DNA from: Candidatus Zixiibacteriota bacterium
GTDB lineage: Bacteria > Zixibacteria > MSB-5A5 > GN15 > JAAZOE01
Reading direction: 5' to 3'
DNA: 21,581 nt
Assembly (NCBI GenBank): GCA_043819555.1
Contig: JBDREQ010000005.1
Span: 1-21,581 of the forward strand
Shown: piece after piece, positions 8,017 to 16,418 of the stretch
Layout: each line of letters begins with the position of its first letter
Position numbering within the stretch: the stretch's first letter is position 1
Translations under genes and position numbers: made by a program
Notes under the pieces: model-generated
Seen by the model: only the letters and a program-made list of their open reading frames with translations
Told to the model about the DNA's origin: nothing
Database searches by the model: none

Positions 8017-9171
8017 TTACTCCAGCCATTCGGCATTACATACGATTTTTTTCTCGAAGCCTATCTCAATCATTATTTTACCGCGATATCCCTCAAAATC
8101 TCCTTTTGTATTAACAGCAGGATACCAGGTAAACCTTGACATGATTTCTGAAATATTTTCTTTTAGTTTATCAGAGACACTAGAAGGTGAAAAATTTATC
8201 GTATTCCCATCCTGATTAATATAGATTATGCCTGATGCTCCGCCAAATGCGTTTTTAGTCAGACTGCTGGCGTTTTTATATCCCAGGGGAAAATTTCTCG
8301 GGATTGGAAAGAGGCTAATATCATCGGGATTTAGGCTGAGTGTCATAAAATATTTTTCTGCATGTGTCATATCTCCAGAACTGTCAATGGATTCAGTTGG
8401 TGAATAAGGATAGTCTATATTATCAAAAAACCTGAAGACAAAAAGAAAATCAGACGCAATCGCTGTACCATTGATTGATGCCGGTGTGAATTCGGAATTT
8501 ATCAAAGCTGTCAATACCGAATGCGTACCCTTATCCATCCCTGAAAACGGGAAGGATACATCAATTAATTCTCCCATTTCATCTATTATAATTCGAGCTG
8601 CGACTATTTCATATTGGCCGCTTTTGCGGGACGGATCGACACGAAATTTCATCGGCGGTATTTTTTTTGCTTCAGGCAAGACGATAGTATTTAATCTCAA
8701 AAATTCATAGGCCAAATCTCTATCGTATTTGTACCCGGATTCGGTTTCATTATCCTGGAGTACAAAAGGCAGCTGGAGATCGATTGAGCCATTCACGAAA
8801 AACTCATAGCCAAATATTACTTTGATGGGAACACTTATTGGCTCTCCCAATTTTCTACCTATGGTAAACTGGAATTGGATTTTTTTGAGTTTCTTTTTCA
8901 CCGATTCAATCCAGCGCAAAGAATCCGGGGAAAAATTTATCTCCTGGACCTTACCCTTTCCATCAATACTGAGAATGGCTTTGATTTCAGACTGCGAAAA
9001 TCGTTTTTTAGATATTTTGTGATCCAGTTTTATTTGCGGAATCTCTTTGGGGTAAGGCAAAGAAATTCCTAAATAGTTATGAAACGAACCTATATTGGAA
9101 GCCGATCCAATATTCGTTCCCAAACCCAAACAGATAATAATTAAAGCCGGGAAAATCCAATTTCTAACCAT
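8017..9171 (-). CDS. Exported protein with three TonB C-terminal-like domains
   Basis: N-terminal signal/anchor, then three I-[DN]-x-x-G beta-hairpin motifs (SIDGKGKV, IIDEMGEL, YINQDGNT), two followed by FTPASINGTAI / WYPAVNTKG-type TonB-C motifs. Confidence 0.7.
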   Translation of the reverse strand: MVRNWIFPALIIICLGLGTNIGSASNIGSFHNYLGISLPYPKEIPQIKLDHKISKKRFSQSEIKAILSIDGKGKVQEINFSPDSLRWIESVKKKLKKIQFQFTIGRKLGEPISVPIKVIFGYEFFVNGSIDLQLPFVLQDNETESGYKYDRDLAYEFLRLNTIVLPEAKKIPPMKFRVDPSRKSGQYEIVAARIIIDEMGELIDVSFPFSGMDKGTHSVLTALINSEFTPASINGTAIASDFLFVFRFFDNIDYPYSPTESIDSSGDMTHAEKYFMTLSLNPDDISLFPIPRNFPLGYKNASSLTKNAFGGASGIIYINQDGNTINFSPSSVSDKLKENISEIMSRFTWYPAVNTKGDFEGYRGKIMIEIGFEKKIVCNAEWLE

Positions 9172-9763
9172 CTTAAGAAGTTATACTCAGAAAAGAAAAT
9201 AGTAAACAAAAAATTTAGGCGTCTTCCGAGGAAATATTAAAAAATCCGCCAATTTTACCATATAAAAGTGAAAATTTTGACCTAATTTTTTTTTTGAAAT
9301 ATAAATGCGTATTGAATGAAATTATTATAAATTGTGCTGTTTCAGCCTAATCCGGACACAGGGGTGCAATTGGCTGATCGAGCTGCACCACGAAAATCCG
9401 GCGCTGATAAATCCACGTACCGCCGCCAGATTTGTATTTCATAAGGCATTCCCACCCATGTTAATAACATAATTTCATGCGTGGGAGACTCAAACTTGGG
9501 TTCGATGTGTTAGATGGATACAGTGGTAAAAGTGGCAAAGGTTTGACAGGGAAAGAGCATAAAGCCGAGACATGCGAAGCCAATGATTTAATGATTTATC
9601 CATTGTGAGCATGGACTGACGATTTCGTTTTTTTTGCTTGTCGCCAAATTATTAGGAATATCTTCAGAGAAATATCATATTGGCTGGTAATTCCCACGGG
9701 CAAACTTATATGTTTATTCGCGACATCGGCCAAATACTTATTTAATCAAAGACTGGCTCTCAA

Positions 9764-10990
9764 TTACCTTTTATGGCATTGAATACATAAATCCATAGCC
9801 GGATCAAGCGGAAGATAGTTTTCAAAATTAGCGCCATGGAGTTTGTGGCAACTAAGACAGGTCAGCTGCTTCTGAGTTCGGGGATCTGTTATATTGCCTC
9901 CCGCTGGATGTGATACCTTATGTGCTGAAACATGACAAGTCGGGCACAAATTCATGCCATCGGCGTTCAAGTATCGGTCATTATCAGAACCATGCGGAGA
10001 ATGGCAATTGGAACAATCCATACTATTATGCGTGATATATTCGGATTTCTTTTTGACCGAAAACTCCGGACCGGAAAAATGACAGCCCATGCATAATTCG
10101 GATTGCCCGCTTGCCAGTAGGGATTTTCCTGAAGATGAATGCGGATTGTGACAATAAAGACATGATTTTTCGGTATTGAGGTTATGGGTATATTTTATAT
10201 CGACTTTCGTTCCAATAGAGGAATGACATTTTCTACATATAGTTTTGACATCGGAAACTAACTCAAAACTGGATTTCCCTTCAGAAGTTTTATGACAAAT
10301 TTCACATTTATTGTTTTTGAAAGGAGCATGTTGATTTTCCATTAATAGGTTCCCGGTGGATGTTGCATGGGGATCATGACAAGTCATGCAATTAGCCTTT
10401 GACATATTATAACCCTTATGCCGGGTATTGAAACTTTCATCCCGATCATGGCAATCAAAACAGATAAAGGGAATGTCACCGACTAACAATTTTGGATTAT
10501 TTGAATTGTGAGGCTGGTGACAGACCTGGCAATCCCCATCTTCCACTGGTGAATGCACTACCGCCCTATTTTTCCACTCGGCCACATTAGTATGGCAATT
10601 CGCGCAAAGCTCAGTTGTGGGAGAAATAAGTTGACTGGTAAAACCGGAGGCATGAGGATTGTGGCAAAGAGTGCAATCTCCTTCTCGAACCGGGCCATGA
10701 ATCGATCCACCTTCCGCCATATGCCCAATTTCTTCGTGGCAATTCATACAAATGATTTGATTATCGTCATTAAGAAGCGAAGCGTGCTGGGAGGCATGGG
10801 GGTTGTGGCACGATGAACACTTACCGTTCGCGAAAGCAGTATGCTGATGCTTTTTGCCCAATAAATCTTCGATTTCTGAGTGGCAAACCAGGCACACCGA
10901 AGGCTCATCGACAACAACATTTGCCGCTGATATCGGACTTATCAGGACAAGCAAGAGTATTATTCCGCTAAGGTATGTTCGGGTTTTCAT
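9764..10990 (-). CDS. 16-heme periplasmic c-type cytochrome (doubled-CxxCH repeat type)
   Basis: Sec signal peptide; 16 CxxCH counted, in repeating H-x-P...CxxCH-x-PH...LCxxCH units. ATGA overlap with the upstream gene. Confidence 0.97.
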   Translation of the reverse strand: MKTRTYLSGIILLLVLISPISAANVVVDEPSVCLVCHSEIEDLLGKKHQHTAFANGKCSSCHNPHASQHASLLNDDNQIICMNCHEEIGHMAEGGSIHGPVREGDCTLCHNPHASGFTSQLISPTTELCANCHTNVAEWKNRAVVHSPVEDGDCQVCHQPHNSNNPKLLVGDIPFICFDCHDRDESFNTRHKGYNMSKANCMTCHDPHATSTGNLLMENQHAPFKNNKCEICHKTSEGKSSFELVSDVKTICRKCHSSIGTKVDIKYTHNLNTEKSCLYCHNPHSSSGKSLLASGQSELCMGCHFSGPEFSVKKKSEYITHNSMDCSNCHSPHGSDNDRYLNADGMNLCPTCHVSAHKVSHPAGGNITDPRTQKQLTCLSCHKLHGANFENYLPLDPAMDLCIQCHKR

Positions 10991-12987
10991 TGTTCATCCC
11001 CCTGCTTTTCGGTATCGACTTTGGTGTGGCAGATACTGCAATCTCCTCCCTCAAAAGGATCGTGCGAATTGGCCCTCATTAATGCACCCTTGGCTGAGGC
11101 ATGAGGATCGTGACATTTGCGGCAATCGATTTGATCACCGCTCAATCCGAGATGCCTGGATTTAAATCCGGAATCTTCCCCATCGTGACAATCCAAACAT
11201 AACGCCGGAATACCGGAATTCAACAGGCTTTCATGTGCCGCGGTGTGGGACGAGTGGCATCCAAGGCATTCTCCCCTCCCGACCGGTGCATGGGGCGGAC
11301 CGGAGGCAAGAAGAGTTTTCAATTCGGTGTGGCATGACAAACACAATTGATCCTCTTTATCAAGCAATAGCGATGGCAATTTGGCATAATGGGGATTGTG
11401 GCATTTTATACATTCACCGTTGATCACGGGCTGATGAGCGCTGACCAGAGTTTCCGGATTGCCTCTTATATCGTCATGGCAGTCAGAACATAAGGCATTA
11501 AGATCCTGTGCCAAAAGTCCATTGAAATCAGAAGAATGAGGCTGATGACACTGATCACAGGCATGATCTTCGAAGGGGGGATGAATAGTGTAATCATCGG
11601 AAGAAACCGCCAATCCTTCATGACAAGTGAAACAAAGTTCATTGCGGTCATCCCGCAACATAAATTCCCGGCTTGAAGTATGAGGATCATGACAGGCAAT
11701 GCATCGGCCAGCTTTCAAAGGAACATGAACGTCTTTCTGCACCATCCAATCGTTAATTTCATTGTGGCACTCGCCGCAGAGAACAAGCCCTTTGCCTTTT
11801 GTCAGTTTATTTTCATCGGAACCATGAGGAAGGTGGCAATCAAGACAAGTCCCATCGGCAAAGGGGAAATGCGCGTGTTCAGGTGATTGATTTGCCTTCC
11901 AATCGGCATGGCATTTGTCGCATAGCTCGCTTATTTTCCCCGCAATGAGTTTTTTATTCTTCTCTCCGTGACCGTTATGACAAAGAGTACAATCTTCCAT
12001 AGCCGGCTTATGGGTGGACGCCTTAACCAGTTCCGGGGCAATATCACCGTGACATTCCAGACAAAGTTGTTGCGGACGCCTGGTCAAAAGCGCCTTGTTC
12101 GGGGAACCGTGAGGGGCATGGCATTCAAGACATTTGCCAGCCGCGACCGGGTCATGGACATCATCTCCCCCCATATCAGACTCATCATGACACGTCAAAC
12201 ACAAATCGCCGCCTTCAATTTGTACTCCAAAGGGATTTGAATCATCCGCATCGTTGTGACAACTCTCGCAATCGCCATCCGTCATAGGTGAATGAGCCGA
12301 AATTGTGAATAAACCGGGTTCGTTAGATGAATGGGCCGAGTGGCATGAAGAGCAATCCATTTCGGCGACCGGATACCCGGCATGGGATTTCCGTAAATTT
12401 TCAGACTTAATATCATGACAATCACCGCATAATTCCAATTGAGGTTTTAATAATAAATGCTCATTAGATGCTGAATGAGGATCATGGCAGGCGAAACAGC
12501 CTTCTTCAAGCGGTTTATGTCGATGCTCCCGTTCGAAATCGGCGCGATTATGGCAGGCAAAGCACAAATCAGGCATGGCTTCGGTCAATAATGCCGAACC
12601 TTCACCGGCGTGGGGATTGTGGCAAGCAACGCAATTGCCGTCTTTAACCGGTTGGTGCACAACGGGGAGATCAGGACCGAGTTTGGATTTTTCATGACAC
12701 TCAAAACACAGTGTCTGACCCGGGGTTTTTAGACGCAGCATACCGACCAGTCCATGGGGTTTATGACATGATAAGCATTCCTCTTTTTCAAACGGCTGAT
12801 GACTGTCAGAACCTTTAAAGTCATCCGCCTTATGGCATTCGAGGCATTTGCCTTTTGAAGAAAATCGTTGGCCGCGCTTCACCTGGGCCGAAACCTCTTC
12901 AACACTTAATACTAATATCAAGGCATTGATTATACCAATTAATAACATCAATCTAATAAAAAGAGATTTTAGTATCATAGCCTTCAC
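10987..12987 (-). CDS. 26-heme c-type cytochrome (doubled-CxxCH repeat type)
   Basis: Signal peptide/anchor; 26 CxxCH counted, with a regular distal-His pattern. GTG start after AAGGA. Confidence 0.97.
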   Translation of the reverse strand: MKAMILKSLFIRLMLLIGIINALILVLSVEEVSAQVKRGQRFSSKGKCLECHKADDFKGSDSHQPFEKEECLSCHKPHGLVGMLRLKTPGQTLCFECHEKSKLGPDLPVVHQPVKDGNCVACHNPHAGEGSALLTEAMPDLCFACHNRADFEREHRHKPLEEGCFACHDPHSASNEHLLLKPQLELCGDCHDIKSENLRKSHAGYPVAEMDCSSCHSAHSSNEPGLFTISAHSPMTDGDCESCHNDADDSNPFGVQIEGGDLCLTCHDESDMGGDDVHDPVAAGKCLECHAPHGSPNKALLTRRPQQLCLECHGDIAPELVKASTHKPAMEDCTLCHNGHGEKNKKLIAGKISELCDKCHADWKANQSPEHAHFPFADGTCLDCHLPHGSDENKLTKGKGLVLCGECHNEINDWMVQKDVHVPLKAGRCIACHDPHTSSREFMLRDDRNELCFTCHEGLAVSSDDYTIHPPFEDHACDQCHQPHSSDFNGLLAQDLNALCSDCHDDIRGNPETLVSAHQPVINGECIKCHNPHYAKLPSLLLDKEDQLCLSCHTELKTLLASGPPHAPVGRGECLGCHSSHTAAHESLLNSGIPALCLDCHDGEDSGFKSRHLGLSGDQIDCRKCHDPHASAKGALMRANSHDPFEGGDCSICHTKVDTEKQGDEQ

Positions 12988-13026
12988 TTCAGATCCTTTT
13001 AATAATAATTTCCCTGTTCCCCATAT

Positions 13027-14715
13027 CTAAAACATTGAATCAAAGTACTCACTAAGCGCTTCTTTGTTATACTCTATCTGAGAATTTTCCTTGATAATAT
13101 CCAACGTTTCATCGAGCATTTCTTTAAACATGCGCTGAAACATTACTTTTCGAATTTCCATTTCCACATCGGCCAGCGCCTTCACTCGTCCAGCTCTTCG
13201 AGAGATGACATTGAAAATAATAAATCCTTCAGCGGTTTTGTACAATCCGCTCGATTGCCCCGGCATGAGATTTATAATTTCGGCTCTTACAGAAGCCGGA
13301 AATCTATCAATGGTAATCCATTCATGCCCTTCCGTTTCCCGTTGCTGTGTCTTTTCGTATTGAGATTTCAAGAACTTAAAATCAGCGCCGTCTTGCAGGC
13401 GCCGAGATACTTCCTCAGCAGTGGACGAATCGGCGATTTCAATTCTATTGATCTGAAATTGTACCGATTCCCGAAAGTCGTCCTGATGAGAGGAATAATA
13501 TTCTTCAAATTCGCCATGATTAAATTTTATCTTTGGAAAAACCATTTCTCCCAGATAATGATCAACCAGGGCACTATCAAGACTTTGTTCATATAACGCA
13601 GTGACTATATGATTATCGAGATAGCCACCCTCTTTAGCCGCGGCGGCAAGCAGCAACTCTTCACGCATATCTTCAATGCCCGCATTCATGTTGTACTCAA
13701 AGGATTGGTCTCCGGCTGACATGGCCGAGCGCGAAACGGACCTTCGCAAATCCTGTTCAGTCATTTCAACCCGACCGTCAATCCGCATTGCGACCGAATC
13801 AGATCCATTCATAAATTCCTGAGTAAAAAGAGATGACGAGTCTTCAATAATGTCTCGTATCATTGCGGAATCCATTTCAATGCTGTAGTCAAGAGCGAGG
13901 TCTTTCAGGAAAGAGCTCCAGGATTTTTCTCTTTTTTCGCTGATTTGGATTCCTTTAATTTTCCTTTTTAAAGTTTCCAGTTCCGATTCATCGGAAGATA
14001 CCGACTTCTCCAATCGTAAAAATGCAAAAACTCTGCGATATGAAAAAACGGGAGACAGTTCTCCGGGGGATAGTTTTTGGGCCTGACTTCTGAGCGCTTC
14101 TTCGACATCGGCGTAGTATTTGAGTTTGTGCAGCCCCCCCTGGTATTTATACATATCAAGAGATAACCCTGACGCAATACTGTCCATATCAGCCCCATCC
14201 TGCACCATTTGATGAATTTTCTCGGCATCATCTTTTAATTGTATAGAAATGGTCCGGATCTGCATCTTAAAATAATTTTTCCGGAAGAATTCTAATATTT
14301 CTTCTTCTCCAATTGAATCATTTGGCTGATAATTGTCACTGACATATTTACTAATTGCATTTTTGAGTCGGCTTTTTTCCAACTCCAAATGAAGGTTTTC
14401 ATTTTCATCCAGTCCCAGCGCGTATGCTTCTTGTACTATCAAACGGTCGTTGACCAATTTGGTGAAAAGCTGCCGATAATTGAAACCTTCTCTTTCTTTA
14501 CTATCTTTTCCGGAATGCGATTGCACAATTTCCCGATCAAGCGAACTGGAATAAATGGTATCTCCGTTCACGACCGCCAAAACCTGGTCGTTTAGTGCGG
14601 ATATGTCTTTAGTTTCACTCTGGCCATGAGCATATGGGGAAATCATCAAAACAGCAATTGCTATAAAAATCACATTCCAGCTGTGGTTCCAGTTTTTAAT
14701 AGTTTCAAATCGCAT
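13027..14715 (-). CDS. SurA/PrsA-like chaperone with two parvulin (rotamase)-like domains; OscH-like
   Basis: Signal peptide, VLAVVNGDTI...LVNDRLIVQEAYALGLD N-domain, and two parvulin-like segments (QDGADM...GGL...LSPGELSPV; QDGADF...LMPGQSSGLYKTAEGFIIF). Confidence 0.88.
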   Translation of the reverse strand: MRFETIKNWNHSWNVIFIAIAVLMISPYAHGQSETKDISALNDQVLAVVNGDTIYSSSLDREIVQSHSGKDSKEREGFNYRQLFTKLVNDRLIVQEAYALGLDENENLHLELEKSRLKNAISKYVSDNYQPNDSIGEEEILEFFRKNYFKMQIRTISIQLKDDAEKIHQMVQDGADMDSIASGLSLDMYKYQGGLHKLKYYADVEEALRSQAQKLSPGELSPVFSYRRVFAFLRLEKSVSSDESELETLKRKIKGIQISEKREKSWSSFLKDLALDYSIEMDSAMIRDIIEDSSSLFTQEFMNGSDSVAMRIDGRVEMTEQDLRRSVSRSAMSAGDQSFEYNMNAGIEDMREELLLAAAAKEGGYLDNHIVTALYEQSLDSALVDHYLGEMVFPKIKFNHGEFEEYYSSHQDDFRESVQFQINRIEIADSSTAEEVSRRLQDGADFKFLKSQYEKTQQRETEGHEWITIDRFPASVRAEIINLMPGQSSGLYKTAEGFIIFNVISRRAGRVKALADVEMEIRKVMFQRMFKEMLDETLDIIKENSQIEYNKEALSEYFDSMF

Positions 14716-14718
14716 GGA

Positions 14719-15819
14719 CTAATTTACCTGTTTTGTATCCCACTTTTTTAAACCAGAATCCAGTTTATCAAGCAGTTTACTTAATGCCGCGCTGATAAGC
14801 TTGCCATCAGAATAGTTTTTCTTTGCACCCAATAATGTCTCTGAATTACTTCCGGACATGGTCAGGTCATAAGCCGCGATTATATATCCTGTTTTTGAAC
14901 ACAGATAGCGCCCGCTGAGTTCAATCACCGGTCCCGGACCTCCAGTAGTGCCGCTTCCCGGCTGGAAAAAATTCACACTTCCGGTGAGCAGTAAATCAGC
15001 TCCAAGCTCATTATTAATCTTCTCAGCCAATTTTATATCAATTCCTCCGCGCGGCATTTTTTGGTTTTGACGGAAAAAAGATTCAACCAGGCTTGGCTCA
15101 ATCACTCGATATTCTTTGCGAACTAATTCCGATATTACTCTTACCGATGCGATATCGCCGGCATATTGGGATGATGATAAATTATCAAAAGGTACAACGG
15201 CAATTTTTAATGAATGAGGCGGATCGGATATTGCTCCGCCATCAGAAACCTGAGGGATGGTAAAATCCTCAAATAATCGGTCGATCAATTTGTCCATAAG
15301 CGTATCGACCGAAACAATTCGGCCTAGATCAAACAAGCCGCCAAATCCACTACCCTCGGCCCCGATTGATTTTGCCCAGATAATTATTTGATCATCAGTT
15401 CGCATTAAGCGCAGAGAGATACCCAATTCAGGGTTTTCATCATCTCGATACTTATCGATTGACCCAAGAAGCAGGAGATGAACGTCCAGTTCTTTTTCAA
15501 TGGCACGTATATCAAGAGATGATAATGCGCCGGGAATACGAATGCGGTTATTTCTCAGAGTGTTTCTCAGATCAAGAGAGTCGACAACGTTTATATCTTT
15601 TTGGCTGCAATACCCGTAAAATTTTTCGGTTATTACCCGTTTGGCCTCATTTGTTTCCGCATAATTGGCCAAAGGCAGGATCGCTATTTTGGGCCTTGAT
15701 GCCTCGACTTCATCATTTATTGGGTCAGGCGATTTTTCACCGAAAGCGCAAGGTGTCATCACAAGATATATTAATAAAAAAAACATCGCGAGACCGATAT
15801 ATCTGATTTTTATATCCAT
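14719..15819 (-). CDS. Exported protein with two tandem CsgG/TolB-N-like domains; OscG-like
   Basis: Two repeats starting KIAILPLANY and KIAVVPFDNLS, each with ELxxxLLLxGS and a closing (R/G)-x-x...(W/Y) strand pattern; similar to the neighbouring lipoprotein. Confidence 0.75.
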   Translation of the reverse strand: MDIKIRYIGLAMFFLLIYLVMTPCAFGEKSPDPINDEVEASRPKIAILPLANYAETNEAKRVITEKFYGYCSQKDINVVDSLDLRNTLRNNRIRIPGALSSLDIRAIEKELDVHLLLLGSIDKYRDDENPELGISLRLMRTDDQIIIWAKSIGAEGSGFGGLFDLGRIVSVDTLMDKLIDRLFEDFTIPQVSDGGAISDPPHSLKIAVVPFDNLSSSQYAGDIASVRVISELVRKEYRVIEPSLVESFFRQNQKMPRGGIDIKLAEKINNELGADLLLTGSVNFFQPGSGTTGGPGPVIELSGRYLCSKTGYIIAAYDLTMSGSNSETLLGAKKNYSDGKLISAALSKLLDKLDSGLKKWDTKQVN

Positions 15820-15823
15820 AAAT

Positions 15824-16399
15824 CTACTTAATCAGTGTTCGCAGAATACTTGAGACGCAATCTCTAATCGCCTGGCTTTGCGATTTTCCTCCGGTTCCAA
15901 ATAAAGAGGACCAGAATCCCCTACCGCCGGAATTTTGTGTGGCCGACCAGACTATCTCACCGGATTCAGTCTCGACCATTCGCACTACCAGAGTCACTGA
16001 ATTAGTTACTGCATTCCCGCTCCTGGTTGAAGCTAATTCATTTACTGCTCCCAGAAAAAGTCCCTGAACTTTTAGTTCTGTTCCAATAGAAATAATCTGT
16101 TCTTTGGTCAGGTTACTGGTGCGAACGATACCATGTTTTTCAAGAACGCGACTGACCTCCCCCGGTTCAACTACGTCAAAGGCTTTGCTGGAAAGAAGTT
16201 CGGTTAGAAATACATGAGTTACTCGAGCGCCCGCTCCCTGTTCTTTTGACAGATTATCAAAAGGAATTATCGCCACGCGTTCTACAAAATTAAAAGTAAA
16301 TTCGGGGTGCAAAAAAACTGTCGCGCGATTGCCGGCGCACCCCCCCAAAAGCCCCCCCGCCACTATTATTGCTATTAATGTTGTTGCCAAGTACTTCAT
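15824..16399 (-). CDS. CsgG-like (DUF799/GNA1162-like) lipoprotein; OscF-like
   Basis: Lipobox-like LLGG|C; RVAIIPFDNLS...LFLGAV...LVVRMVETESGEIVWSA pattern typical of the CsgG/LpoB fold. Confidence 0.8.
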   Translation of the reverse strand: MKYLATTLIAIIVAGGLLGGCAGNRATVFLHPEFTFNFVERVAIIPFDNLSKEQGAGARVTHVFLTELLSSKAFDVVEPGEVSRVLEKHGIVRTSNLTKEQIISIGTELKVQGLFLGAVNELASTRSGNAVTNSVTLVVRMVETESGEIVWSATQNSGGRGFWSSLFGTGGKSQSQAIRDCVSSILRTLIK

Positions 16400-16418
16400 T
16401 TATGCATCCTGATATATC

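Noticed and set aside
9690..9735. GGGCAAAC as a possible c-di-GMP-I riboswitch start
   Set aside because: The GAAA-type tetraloop and downstream GACGCAAA/P2 elements are missing, and it faces away from the genes.
9764..12987. Periodic DNA repeats (tgrca...rca) as CRISPR or tandem repeats
   Set aside because: They are the codons of recurring CxxCH motifs; there are no identical repeats with unique spacers.
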